A DNA stretch of 63,411 nucleotides, filler included, from Hausera hauseri (GCA_046269625.1; 11 parts of 11 records of this genome joined end to end with filler, not necessarily neighbours in it), one strand, 5' to 3'; shown: positions 12,201 through 21,464, counted from the first letter of the whole stretch. Program-made: numbers and translations. The notes: generated by a model from the letters alone, not told the origin.

Positions 12201-15200
12201 TATGCATTGGAACAATATGGCCAGTATTTATCCGAAACCAAACCAATTGTCATATATACTGACCATAAGCCATTACAATGGTTGAAGAACCACAAAAACC
12301 CAAATAGTCGCTTAATGAAATGGGCTATGTTACTTCAGCCTTATAATTTAAAGTTTGAATACAAAATGGGTAAGGCCAACGCAAACGCAGATTATTTGTC
12401 AAGAATGCCCGAAGACTCAGGTCAAGAAAAAGATGATTTGGCAGATAAACCAGGCGTTATAGCAGCTATATGGACTATCACGGAACAGGAAAAGTCACTG
12501 TTACAAAAACAACAGAACGACGAACAAATAAAAGAGATTAAAGGATACATGCAAAAGAAAAAGATTCCGAATAATATTAACCTCTATACCCATCTAACAA
12601 AATTCGCTGAAAATTATGAGATAAAAGACGAGATATTATATTACAATCAGAAAGGAAAGCTGGTTGTAGTTGTCCCCCAAGAAGATATCAAATTACTGTT
12701 AACTCAATATCACGACGGTATGATGGGAGGACATCAGTCAGTAAAAAGAACGTTAGGAAGACTGAAAAGAAAATACTTTTGGTATACTATGCCAAATGAT
12801 GTGCAAGAATGGTGCAAAAGTTGCCCCATCTGCGCCACAAGAAAGAATACGGGCTCAAAAATTAAAGTTCCACTTAAACCCTTAGAATGTCCACCAGCCC
12901 CAATGGAATTCTCAGCGATGGACATTCTAGGACCCTTACCAATGACAGTTAACGGAAATAAATACATGTTAGTGTTTGTTGATTTATTTTCCAGGTGGCC
13001 GGTCGTAATACCAATACCAGATCAAAAAGCTCAGACGATTGCCCAAGCCTTCGTGGAAGAAATCGTATTTAATTATGGAGCTCCATCTAAATTGCTAACG
13101 GATCAGGCTCAAAATTTTACGGGAGAAGTAATGGCTGAGATTTCAAAAATATTTCAAATACTGCAACTAAAGACAACCCCTTACCATCCGCAGACGAATG
13201 GTACGGTAGAAAGATTCAATGGAATTTTAACAAACATGCTGGCCACAATGGTCAATGAACGACAAGACGACTGGGACGAATATATCAAGCCGTGTTTGTT
13301 CGCAATAAGGAATACAATTCATCCTGCGACAAAAGAAACTCCATTTTATTTAATGTATCTTAGAGACACGCACATGCCAGTCGACTTAGAACTCAAAACC
13401 CCTGTTTCACATTTAAAGGATATGGAGTATAAGGAATTGTTAGAAGAAAAACTCGGATATGTATGGGATTTAGCTTCGCGACACACAAAGATGTGTCAAA
13501 AGGAATACAAAGCTCGTTATGATGAAAAAGCTAAACCGCATAATTTCAAACCTGGAGATAAAATTATGTTGCACACTCCACTGAGTAAGAAAGGAAAAAC
13601 TCCAAAGTTGAATAGACCATATAAAGGTCCATATACAATTCAAAAAGTAGATGAAACCAACATCTATTTAAATAGGAACAAACGAAATAAGATAGACCCA
13701 ATAAAAGTCCATGTAAATCGATGCAAACAAGCACCGACAGAATCAAAAATAAGAAGTGAAGGTTTAAGTTTACCAGTAATGACACTAATGATGTTATGTC
13801 TAATAACATGTACATCGGCTGAACCATTAGACGTGGAATATAAAGCCGTCCAAGTAGGAAAGTATCCTTGTATAAAAATAATAGCTAATCGAAATCTAAC
13901 CAATGACGATTATATACCCATACACATAACAAAAAAATGGTCAACCAAAGTGGCTACTTCGGAACATTGTAGCCTATATTCCGGACATTCTACGCACGTC
14001 TGTTGCGGACTTTCTTTTGGGATTTCATATAGAATCCAGTATGCAATTTGGAGGAAAACCAATAATAAATGGTATAAATCCTATTTCTCATATCCTGGTT
14101 CTACTCACTATTTTAACGAACCGTATTTTCTCGTTGCATTTTACACAAAAATTATGAAAAATGGACCATGCGTAATGGCAGAACCAGAAGCCCCAATAAC
14201 AAGATATCGGACACTGGAATATCAGATTGAAAACAAAACGAACAAGATGGTTTGCAGACCAGATTACCAAAACCCGTATTTGTGTTGTCCCATAACCTAT
14301 GACAAAGAGTACACGATATATTATTGGACGACAAATGACAAAAAAACATGGTCAAAAACGTCAGATGGACCGGAAATAATGGTGAAATCTCCAAAAATGA
14401 AAACAACGACAATCATCTCAACAAGGATAACCACCTCACCATTCACTCAAAAGACAATGACTAATCCAGTAATAGAAGTAAAGAGAATTATTAAAGATCT
14501 AGATATAATTATCCAGTCAACTACACATTCCCTCATCATCACAGTATCAGATCTAAAAACTACGAATGTAAAATTCGAATGCTTCCTTCACCATAGGTTA
14601 GTTGGTGAAGGAATAATAACACCAGACGAACCTACATCGGCCTGTACATTTTTGAAAGCCGACACAAATTATAAAGTCTTGATTACCGAATTAGATGAGG
14701 ATGGTCAAACTCTACAAGTTGTCAAACGAAAAGAAAAGACGTCGAAAGAATTGCTCATAACTACAAGAAGAGTTATAAAAACAACAACCACTCAAAAACC
14801 AAAAAAGATTGATAAATACTTACTAATAATTATTGCACTAAGTACCTCAATGTTAATAATGATTACACTAGCCCCAATAATTATCTGCTATACTAAAATA
14901 AGACGTAGAACACAAAGAACTAATGACATGATAAATCAATTAAAGTTACTAAGACAAAATTCCTTAGACGAATCAATAAGTGATATAGATGCGCCAAATA
15001 ACAATGAAATCCGCCAGGCTGAAAAGCCAGGCGAACCCCAACGGCGAACTTGCCCGTTAAGAGATACCACAGTATGCCTTTGTACTCAAGTACGAGACGA
15101 GGCCGCTAAGATACTTGCGACCTACATGAAACACAGATATATCACTAAAATACTCGCGATTAATAAAAAACAGCCAAAGTGCAAAAACTTTTTCGTATCA

Positions 15201-16703
15201 AAAATCTGGCCGCTGTTAATATTAATTCTTTTAGTCGGCGAAGGAACCGAACAAGCAGAGCGACCAAACAGTTTCTACCACAATATGGTAGCCAACTTGC
15301 TTGCAGCTAACAAGAATTTCATCTATTACGAAAATGCCGCAATGGTGCCCAACCATCTAAAAGGGCATACAGTGAATCAAAGAAGTGGCCTTATAATCAG
15401 GCAACAATCTTATACGATAAAACTATCCGATCTGGTTGATATTACTAAGAGAACAATAGCTATCTACATTTCAGTGGCCAAAGGCACTATTCAATTGAAA
15501 AGTAAGGCTAACCTAAATGAAATAACCGATACTCTCCTTGTCCCATCACCAACCACAATTAGGTTGGATGAAAAATTCATTAAGAATGTCGAACTAACGA
15601 TAAGGGTAGTAAATGAAGTCTACCCCATAATGTATATTGAAATCATTAGGCAAGAATCACTTCCTTCTGATGAATCAAAGAAATTCAATTATTCCATGCC
15701 AATCCCAGACGACACCCTACTGGAAAAGGGTATGTCATTTGAAAGATTATTGAACATACGCAAAGAAGATATAGTCATATTAGCAACGAACGTGGCATAT
15801 TTAATGGAACCAGTTCGACGATCGGAAGTGGCTCTTATAGAAATTACCATTCTGGACGTGGACGGTAAAACTATCCTGGACAAAATATTATGTCCGCGCG
15901 AAAGAATCGATAACTATAATAGCCATGTAACTGGCTTGAGAGAGTCAAACATAATAGGACAGATGGACCTCGTAATAATGTACCCACAAATTAAAAGCCA
16001 CCTTATGGGAAAAATCGTTGTAGGGATGAATGTATATTATGACCTCAACAATGCTCTCCGATGTAGTCACCACCTTGTGATGGGTATAAGAGATCTACTT
16101 CACCATCAAAAGGCTAACCCAAAACAGGAGTTTAATGCCAAATACATTTTAATGGCATTCAACAATGGTGTCTACCCCAAAAGAACGAAGGAAAGGGCAA
16201 AAGTAATCTTGGATATATACAACACAATCCCCGAATACAGGATTAAAGAATCAACACTTTCCACAACTAGCTTAACCCCAGCAGATAGCCCGCCAAAAAC
16301 CTTGGGTATGATGAAAATTCCCAAAATCAAAAATAAATCTATATCTCCATCCCAAGTTGCTACAAAAATAAATGATCAACCTTCAACATCCTCGCAAAAA
16401 TGCCTACCAAGTGAGAATGACCCACCAAAGGAAGTCTCGGCTTATTCGGCCAAATCTTCGACCGAAGTTAAAGAAATACAATGCGAAATGCCCGGATCAA
16501 CAGAATCAATAGTAATCGACTTAACAAAGAAAAGAAAATCATTTTCCCCCAAAGAGACAGTTACATTCAAACGAAGAATCAGAGAAAAAAACCAGTGGCT
16601 CCAGATTGACTCAGTCTGCTATAAACGACCAGATGGTTCTTATAAGATCTACCCTCTGAAGCCGAGGACGGCTTCATCTAAGGAGGGAGATGTTCAGAAA
16701 TAA
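5412..16703 (+). CDS. Single Gag-Ubl-Bcl2-Env-Pol-FN3/TM-exonuclease polyprotein (3763 aa)
   Basis: Uninterrupted ORF with CFACQKYGHMARSC, AIIDTGAS, YPLPRID, YVDD, LATDAS/ERELLA/YTDHKPL, H-H-C-C zinc motif, DILGP/LLTDQA/VERFN and YKGPY motifs. Confidence 0.95.
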   Translation: MRLSGQQNLQMSSSGLCQHRQQWHNGFTMDKFEDTPDQDYSEFLMQYHMYYESFAWTDELNIKIIPLYLKRIALSVYTQITDDDKADWANLKKSLEERLLADPSGKGRIGEFNRRCQGKGETVQEFACALQKLAQRAYVDEDTREDALLAQFCYGINKEIQNYIIVADPSTYKEAVSKARKIEINYERLENTKRPPRNEDKKMKSFQQKKNFQPSQNFQKFQKFPNQSGQQKKVTWQNQSQNTWQNQPQKSAMRKPMVNQDGQPLCFACQKYGHMARSCPMQGQSSQKKKNIDMIGNISDTDHEHETTDTEPEESIEKLQQKIRSKLKECKTNTIEEDEHKIAELKQLYLELKEQQICEERHKKTNENSIIAPVGRPKKVPASEPDTEKKKVKRKDRPLIQEEDLKTPSYSPSGSEESEGSKRSEGEQSVKIKRVRRKKVTESPQQIETPPVDLDQHGTEIVRQMMRYANQELIDGAQFRQDLSMLLTPTISHQQFADLLDLLLIHAADGNPHRNFVRYVIYRYAERVRLVRENPEVRITLQQYNQDFSVLKMKSLDNVATLKHKINETIQGELELRFYGRTLLDYETIYEVGMWENRYNPVCLALRQSEQEIIDEILAEVAQKDTQEAEPHYEAQRTEIGTNIPISEQIQTDKRGRGRPKGTTKLYQLKGRKARDDEVVRRLLTTEEEYDAANISLTMLLQTLLARMNPAFVEFNTNLQIPDSLMRNIRNEITKISEQFADIPTDERINEIQERDILSRMMGTGISRNKIMTAISYLLYKIIVMNGVNPNQEEIERNIEIATRALKANVEGWVKCRGGWINSLIQIQESTSAMYEQTENHPPRLQERQQHQQPDFDLSWLVKIIPILLLFSFIPKTHTIIAYDCSQAKEGPIYSLLDLEKCPYANPASLTTTTDREYYVYQESEFVRTKVRECFVRKNHFHFICGYWYRNSAIVEPTTPFEPLAISKRMCVEAFVTKQINIGSVRLKAQKGKITNKRIFVAGTIDKTGYCKGESYNINGEILDNIVAIEDYQVELREYDALFELESGKMMTFPECDYYNKECDTGESIMSYEVDKDQCRLALLRKGKFNETKGRMFKEEISKSRLDRVSDMVDTPTIAYSADPSEGMRFKIESDTKRCDQVVYRTNYKGIFLSTSEIKKAQRKIDKSEVKPHLYFDNKLDFIYHFQQENIYSMYREIILNDCKMNREIIRNRIYLSAITDGIIKDPAELPDAEGKFARTMGETLVTFECIRVAVKLRPIAECTMELPVWYKNQSRFLQPITRILLESAEKPYVYQNCTYTMSPAFRLSDNYWVRMPKKEQITPPRKISLINLKTEQQYKPLTELVKMGVYSEQDMENHRRMMMFPQQRQKVLTEMAMKVLSDHDGKANWENLMGPDYAQRIAKNIFATAWGWYMWFGQFNSGWLGFYYIFAFVKAILTMITKGYGIKQAAGCTWKIVYALIPSLASCFLIKQDAQWKQKNKNKNDSNDDEDIPPTKKVKPRPNPPSSTRKTWSLITARSKKRRTLLSDIPQMKRWNEYPMEQYQFITNDYVDVHYPSDMENYDPKHMKLTFYPSAPKEALITSIDGGKVIPRTVIWIDGHPITAIIDTGASASMISRKQLPESLKKKLLKPTEELTNVGAFGTKVQVRDLVKCETKVLNQKFEQEFRVADELVAEAILGCDALAKLKDTCIHLETQQLQPYKKVKNGKKDTVSVKEDVLIPARTEIVLKALVQGKDEGDVYIEPNINFMNKNELWIAHSIDNIREQQVIVRIANVSNKSKLLRKGTIIAYVYTIKDIGSNATEAIISTVQELSEFMERQRQKPRTECGQRFENEPLNKLKTHLNKNKKTILLVKTPINWPDYDLFGRESVLTDEEKEGIVKILEQYKNVFAIDEYDMGIIPVIKHEIKLKAGMETPIKKRPYRLNYDKREKAKEIIAEMKQYDIIRPSNSPWAAPIVMVQKKDGSIRMCVDYRALNEVTIDNTYPLPRIDEMLDKLKDKMLFTTLDLQKGFWQIEVQEEDKQKTAFVTSDGHYEFNRMAFGMKNAPATFQTAMDIITMDAPHIMCYVDDVIIASTDYKQHKEHLKDMLERCALLGIKVSLKKCCFARTKVDFLGHTVSREGINPQIGKINKIQDFPVPKTVRGVRKFLGLTGYYRKFVKDYQQIASPLHSLLQENSKLVWTQECQKAYQQLKDNLLAPPVLAYPNMSKPYFLATDASKVGIGVVLSQKDDQGQEHPISFGGRKLRKHERNYSTIERELLAIVYALEQYGQYLSETKPIVIYTDHKPLQWLKNHKNPNSRLMKWAMLLQPYNLKFEYKMGKANANADYLSRMPEDSGQEKDDLADKPGVIAAIWTITEQEKSLLQKQQNDEQIKEIKGYMQKKKIPNNINLYTHLTKFAENYEIKDEILYYNQKGKLVVVVPQEDIKLLLTQYHDGMMGGHQSVKRTLGRLKRKYFWYTMPNDVQEWCKSCPICATRKNTGSKIKVPLKPLECPPAPMEFSAMDILGPLPMTVNGNKYMLVFVDLFSRWPVVIPIPDQKAQTIAQAFVEEIVFNYGAPSKLLTDQAQNFTGEVMAEISKIFQILQLKTTPYHPQTNGTVERFNGILTNMLATMVNERQDDWDEYIKPCLFAIRNTIHPATKETPFYLMYLRDTHMPVDLELKTPVSHLKDMEYKELLEEKLGYVWDLASRHTKMCQKEYKARYDEKAKPHNFKPGDKIMLHTPLSKKGKTPKLNRPYKGPYTIQKVDETNIYLNRNKRNKIDPIKVHVNRCKQAPTESKIRSEGLSLPVMTLMMLCLITCTSAEPLDVEYKAVQVGKYPCIKIIANRNLTNDDYIPIHITKKWSTKVATSEHCSLYSGHSTHVCCGLSFGISYRIQYAIWRKTNNKWYKSYFSYPGSTHYFNEPYFLVAFYTKIMKNGPCVMAEPEAPITRYRTLEYQIENKTNKMVCRPDYQNPYLCCPITYDKEYTIYYWTTNDKKTWSKTSDGPEIMVKSPKMKTTTIISTRITTSPFTQKTMTNPVIEVKRIIKDLDIIIQSTTHSLIITVSDLKTTNVKFECFLHHRLVGEGIITPDEPTSACTFLKADTNYKVLITELDEDGQTLQVVKRKEKTSKELLITTRRVIKTTTTQKPKKIDKYLLIIIALSTSMLIMITLAPIIICYTKIRRRTQRTNDMINQLKLLRQNSLDESISDIDAPNNNEIRQAEKPGEPQRRTCPLRDTTVCLCTQVRDEAAKILATYMKHRYITKILAINKKQPKCKNFFVSKIWPLLILILLVGEGTEQAERPNSFYHNMVANLLAANKNFIYYENAAMVPNHLKGHTVNQRSGLIIRQQSYTIKLSDLVDITKRTIAIYISVAKGTIQLKSKANLNEITDTLLVPSPTTIRLDEKFIKNVELTIRVVNEVYPIMYIEIIRQESLPSDESKKFNYSMPIPDDTLLEKGMSFERLLNIRKEDIVILATNVAYLMEPVRRSEVALIEITILDVDGKTILDKILCPRERIDNYNSHVTGLRESNIIGQMDLVIMYPQIKSHLMGKIVVGMNVYYDLNNALRCSHHLVMGIRDLLHHQKANPKQEFNAKYILMAFNNGVYPKRTKERAKVILDIYNTIPEYRIKESTLSTTSLTPADSPPKTLGMMKIPKIKNKSISPSQVATKINDQPSTSSQKCLPSENDPPKEVSAYSAKSSTEVKEIQCEMPGSTESIVIDLTKKRKSFSPKETVTFKRRIREKNQWLQIDSVCYKRPDGSYKIYPLKPRTASSKEGDVQK
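7020..7230 (+). other. Ubiquitin-like (beta-grasp) domain within the polyprotein
   Basis: VRITLQ...DNVATLKHKINETIQGELELRFYGRTLLDYETIYEVGM matches the ubiquitin pattern DTIxxVKxKI...RLIFxGKxLxDxxTLxDYxI; the relative at 24055-25095 has YVRDVREWL...RFYFRGRILDELEQLIDVGI. Confidence 0.75.
7500..7885 (+). other. Bcl-2-family-like helical domain within the polyprotein
   Basis: BH3-like LMRNIRNEI, BH1-like GISRNKIMTAISY (consensus GxNWGRIVALFxF) and BH2-like VEGWVKCRGGW (consensus LxxWIxxxGGW), in the correct order with plausible spacing. Confidence 0.65.
7989..9830 (+). other. Envelope glycoprotein, chuvirus-like / herpes-gB-related class III fusogen
   Basis: Signal peptide WLVKIIPILLLFSFIPKTHT, mature start IIAYDC...YSLLDLEKC, Cys-rich ectodomain, GETLVTFECIRVAVKLR...CTMELPVWYKNQSRFLQPITRIL motif typical of chuviral-type glycoproteins, C-terminal TM segments. 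Confidence 0.8.
10180..13740 (+). other. Pol: aspartic protease (DTG ~10233), RT (YVDD ~11610), RNase H (~12040-12400), integrase with HHCC, DDE and GPY (~12690-13740)
   Basis: Canonical Ty3/Gypsy motifs and domain order; catalytic residues appear intact. Confidence 0.95.
13770..14890 (+). other. Second membrane protein: signal peptide, three FN3-like Cys-containing domains with a Thr-rich linker, TM helix
   Basis: SP LPVMTLMMLCLITCTSA; repeats ending CCGLSFGISYRI / CCPITYDKEYTI / CTFLKADTNYKV (FN3 LxPxTxY tyrosine-corner pattern); TM YLLIIIALSTSMLIMITLAPIIICY. Confidence 0.65.
15770..16240 (+). other. DEDDh 3'-5' exonuclease-like domain (REX4/ISG20 type), catalytic motif I degenerate
   Basis: IEITILDVDGKTILDKILCPRERIDNYNSHVTGL...IKSHLMGKIVVGMNVYYDL matches the REX4/ISG20 pattern; the expected DxE is replaced by LATNVA. 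Confidence 0.72.
16680..16690 (+). promoter_or_regulatory. Polypurine tract
   Basis: AAGGAGGGAGA immediately before TGTT; the relative on the minus strand has AAGGAGAGGGGAA|TGTT. Confidence 0.8.
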
Positions 16704-16932
16704 CATTTCGATTTACGGTTTAATTAACCGAATTTGTGAATTAATTAACATTTTGTTTTCAAAAACAATTTTAATTGATTTTAGACTATGGTTTATTTTG
16801 TTTTCGTGATCTGGTGTTATCTTTGTTTTTGTAAAAATTATTTTTATTCGGCTTCATTTTTGTTCTTATCCCTGATAAAGCCAGATGTATTTTTCATGAA
16901 AAATGCCATTTTTGTTGATTTCTAAAGAGGTA
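16691..16932 (+). repeat. 5' part of the 3' LTR (truncated by contig end); contains the ORF stop codon
   Basis: Starts TGTTCAG directly after the PPT; AT-rich and non-coding after the stop codon. Confidence 0.7.
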
Positions 16933-17032
16933 NNNNNNNNNNNNNNNNNNNNNNNNNNNNNNNNNNNNNNNNNNNNTTAATTAATTAANNNNNNNNNNNN
17001 NNNNNNNNNNNNNNNNNNNNNNNNNNNNNNNN

Positions 17033-17600
17033 AGTTGAGCTAACTGCTGTGCTAATGTGTTGTTGTTGTTGGTAACAGCTGAGGAAATGACTGGTTGAGT
17101 GTGTACATGTAAAATATCGTATGTTTTGTCTGCCAGTTCAGCCAATTTGTCAAGAGTCGTCGAATATCCGACGACGGTAAGTAAGGCCGTAATTTTTATG
17201 GGCAATGTGTTCAAGATGTAACGTCACAAAAAATCGGCATTATGTTGTTTAGTTACGCCAAGTGTTTAAAGTTGAGCGAGTGAAATTGTAAGGATATCTG
17301 ACGGTTTTTGCGTTCCCATAGCATTATCGTTAAAGAAACGGTGAACTATAGATACCATGGATAATTCGGTAAGCTTTAGAACGGCGTTGTAAAGATGGGC
17401 GTATGGGTCGGGTTGCTGCAAGATGTCTAGTAAGTCATGAATGGACGTTTTTACTGTAGTCAGTAAAAGACAAGATAGGTTATGAGCTTTGGTTATCGGA
17501 TCAGTGATGTCGTTGCATTGTAGCCAAAACTGGTGGAAGTTAGGCCATGTTTTGCTAGAATTTTCTTGGTCTATAAAATATTCGGTAAAATGTGAGGGCA
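17033..17600 (-). pseudogene. Gypsy gag N-terminal remnant (DUF7041-like family)
   Basis: WLQCNDITDPITKA...QPDPYAHLYNAVL...MGTQKPSDIL...LP...TLDKLAELADK; homologous to 42440-42659. Confidence 0.65.
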
Positions 17601-18599
17601 TAGTATAAGTGGTTTTAAGCGAAAAGATAGGATCAGCGGAAGAAGTTTTGTTGGTTGATTTTGGGTAATAGACAACGGATTTATGTTTTGTAATGGCCTT
17701 ATCTGTTGTATCGTTGGTTGATGAAGGTAGCATGCCACCACGGATTCTGGGGTTGATGTCAAAGAGGAGGAAAAATGGAGAAAATGTGATGTCTCGAAAA
17801 CTCGTAAAAGTGAATCCATTGTTAGTCAGGTAAAAATCGGATATAAGTTATTGTGCGGATGTAGTCGTGAAAGTTGGTAAGGTGTATATGTTTTGTTAAG
17901 TATAGGGTATGTACCAATGTATTATTTAAAAAACAGAAAATGGAAAATGGTGGTAGGAGGTAACCGGATGGGCAGTGCGGCACCCCAGTACACCACAACC
18001 CGCGCCCCACAGTCGCCAGGCGAGTCACCGGGACCGTGGTTTCGCCACGACAGCGCTGATTCACCGGAGCAAAGCAGTCCGTCAGATAACCGAACCGCAG
18101 AGACGAAATTTATTTCCATGGTGGGATCGACGCACTGAAGTGCAGAATCTTCGTAGGCATTCGTTATAAAAGGATTCGAGAAAAATCAAGTGATGTGCCG
18201 AGAAATGTTCTGAAAAGTAGTCTTTTCCTTCGATGAACAATTTCTGTTGTTGAGAATTAAGAAAGGACGTCTTCCGTTCAGAGTACTTATTGAGTAGAGA
18301 AGTCGGCCTATTTAGCGGACTTATCAAATTATATATGTAAATAATTGGGGCTATAGGACAAAGTACCTCCATGTACGGAACATTGTCAATTGAAAGAAAA
18401 TGTAAAACAATAATAACAGTTAATCTAGATACTTCGTTTGGCCAAATATTATGCTTTAAAGATAATAATGTGTGTGCTTTAGACCAAAAGAAGAGCTTGA
18501 ACATAAAAAAGGAAATATTCTGAATTTTATTTGACAAAATTTCGTTCCAAAAACATGTACTCCTGGTGATATAAGTTGTGTTAATCACCAAAATATTTG

Positions 18600-21464
18600 C
18601 ATATACTGTTCGGCACCATTCTTCAGCTCGACGGTAGTCTTTTCCAAGTGAACGAAGAACAGAAGTTATTTGATCTGAAGTTTTGTACAAATTTTCAGCA
18701 GCTATAAATAATTTAAGTTCTTCTTCTGTTATTCGTCCGGTTTTGTTTTGTACGTTGATCTTATAAACTCGAGAGAAACTGAGTTGACGATTTTTTAACA
18801 TTAACGTCGTCTTCGATTTGGATGCATTAATCATCAAAATAATTCCATTGAGGGTATTTTTGAATGTTTTGAATGAGATTTTCAATTCATCCGATGCTCC
18901 TGGGAGTGGTCCCTCCGAGCTATTCGTAGGTTTCGAATAATATGAGTAATTTGAACCGTTAAACAAAACCGAATCAACTACTTCAATACTCTCTTTTGGT
19001 GATTCTAATTTTATGATTTCGGATATTTTTGATATCGAACGAGTTTTTTCGTCGTTCTCTTTGATTCGTTTCAACAGTTTCGTTACTACGGACTCGTCGA
19101 TAACTTTGCTCCAATACAGGACAGACAATCTGATTCTATACACTTCGATTTCATCAATAAATCCCGTGAAGGTCCTTGAGAAAATTAAGGCTTTAGGAAG
19201 CAGTTTCGAAGGTCGTTTGTTTGATACATATTGACACAAAATATTAACCAGATTCGACCAAATTAAAAGGCCTTCATCATCATCCCAAGACAATTCAACG
19301 AACGTCCATTTCGCCGTTATTCGAAAACTGGTAAAACCACTCGAAAACATGATTAGATTTTTGGATGTTTTCTCGGAAATTTCTACTTTAAAAGTATATT
19401 TCAAAACAATTAGTCGAATGATATTAAAAATGAAAATGTTCGACTTTAGATCGGTAAATCGTATCCAAAATCTAATGGAAAAGCAGTTCTTACAGCCAGT
19501 AACAATCTCACTGAAACATGCGGAAGTACCAGTGAAAACTGGGCGTTGTTGAAAGAAACAAATAGACCAACAACACCTACGGTTTTGAAAACATTCGTAT
19601 TTTCAGTAGATCCGAAATTATGATTCAATTGATAATGAAAATCGTCCATATGTTTCATCTCATAAGCTAAATTTGTTCAATTTGCAGCAACGGATTCAAG
19701 GTCATCTACGATAACAGATGCACTTTGGACAACATGGTTAGGATAATGTAACCCAACAACCAGTTGCGTGTTCCTATTACCAGAATTCGTGAACTCCGCT
19801 ATAGCAGTCATTACATGGCCCATCAAGACACCATTCACGTACACATTCAAACCATCATCAAAACGGCATCAATCATCAAAAACGTGCCACTGTAGAACTT
19901 TAAGGACCATCTTCCCAGTTAATAACCAAAATTTGTTGCGAGTTTTCAGCTGAATGATGAGATTCAAAATTACTTCCGATCATGAGGAGTTGATTAAATA
20001 AATATATCTGCTGTGGTGTTGCTAAATTGTCTGGCCGGAACCGAAGACGAACGAGTAGTTCACGACGACAGTTTTCAACATTAATAAAACAATCGGGAGA
20101 CCAGTCATGTTTACTACTACGAAACAAGGACCAAAATTTTCTAGACTGAATCCCTCGCCAAAATTTGTTGAAATTACTTTTCCGTCATTGATGGCTATGT
20201 TAAGGTCATTGATAGGATTAAAATTTGTGTTGAATGGTGCAGAATGCAACATTCCATCATTATTCTGCCAACTGCTGAGTTCACTATTAGACAGAGATAT
20301 TTCCAGGACACAAGAAGAATGGATTCTTGACTTTAATGGAATAATTTTTGAGAAACTGTTTAACATCATCAAATCAATTTGGTCTGTTCGTGAAAAATAA
20401 ACAGCATAGACACTCGAAAATCGGACAATTAGCGTTTTCTCTATCATAGATGATTTATTAATAACCATAAACCAGTAAGAACTATGTGAGGAATCTGCAT
20501 GGTTAAATGCAATCGTTAAACAATTACTGAGATAAATTACAACATTATTGAACTCGAGTAAACATTTGTAGTTTGCAACTATCGATCTGTTATGTAGTTC
20601 AACATTTAACTCCCAAATGGATCCGTTAAAGATTGTACTAGAGTTTGTAGTGAATATAAATCGGTCAAACTCTACGTTCGTCAATTCACGTAAATTACCA
20701 AAGACAATGTATTTCGATGATATAAATGTAGGTATTATTTCTTTTAAAACGGTGTATTTATTTGTCGTAGCAAGAAGATTCGGATCGAGATAAAGAAAGA
20801 GGTTTGATCCATAGACCAAATCTGCCAACAAGGTGTGTCTTATTAGTTGACTTTTATTTTTTAAGAAGACGTAACGAATCCAAAATTGATATCTCAAAGC
20901 TTTACGATGAAAAATATTTTTGAAGCGCGTTCGTCCTTTAGGTGGCAACAAATCCAACCAATTTCCTGGTCGCATATTCAGTCCTTAATTAAATACCGCA
21001 TCGGTAAATTGTAGCGGCGTGGAGGAATTGATAATTTCCATATGTTTATCCGTAATGGATATGTCTTCTTTAAGGTCGAATTCGCAAATAACATCGTCAG
21101 TTGGCTTAGTACATTTTCCTTCGGACACTGGCAAAACCGTATACCCTGCATCGAAAAAGCGCAAACGCAATCAGAACTGCACGCCGTGCAAAAATCAGAT
21201 TATGCAAATCGTACGGATTTCCAGACGGAACAACCGCAACTCTGGAACACGGTATTTCTTATTAACATAACAACATAACCACAGATGATTTTCGATTTAA
21301 AAATTGTTTGATTACTACCGAAATAAATCAAATCCCCTTCGATAAAATACTCAAGAAACAGATCATTATCATACATAAAATTCGGCCGTTTAAATCCAAT
21401 AAACGTTTCAATCTCATCGGGAAGAAATGTTGAATATACCACGAGAACGTACAAATCCTCGGTA
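18600..21464 (-). pseudogene. Laminin-G-domain extracellular protein (neurexin/CNTNAP-like), fragmented by frameshifts
   Basis: Collinear beta-rich ORFs with LamG-like motifs (RLRFFDAGYTVL; DELKISFKTFKNTLNGIILMI; LNVYVNGVLM; LLVRLRFR); no clear introns. Confidence 0.45.

Larger units (their letters stand above)
4749..16932 (+). mobile_element. Giant env-bearing Gypsy/Metaviridae-like LTR retroelement (near complete)
   Basis: LTR end ...TTAACA + PBS; single 3763-aa ORF with PR-RT-RH-IN order; PPT followed by TGTT LTR start. Confidence 0.93.

Noticed and set aside
5451-15883. Short antisense and alternative-frame ORFs overlapping the polyprotein
   Set aside because: Expected shadow ORFs with no motifs.
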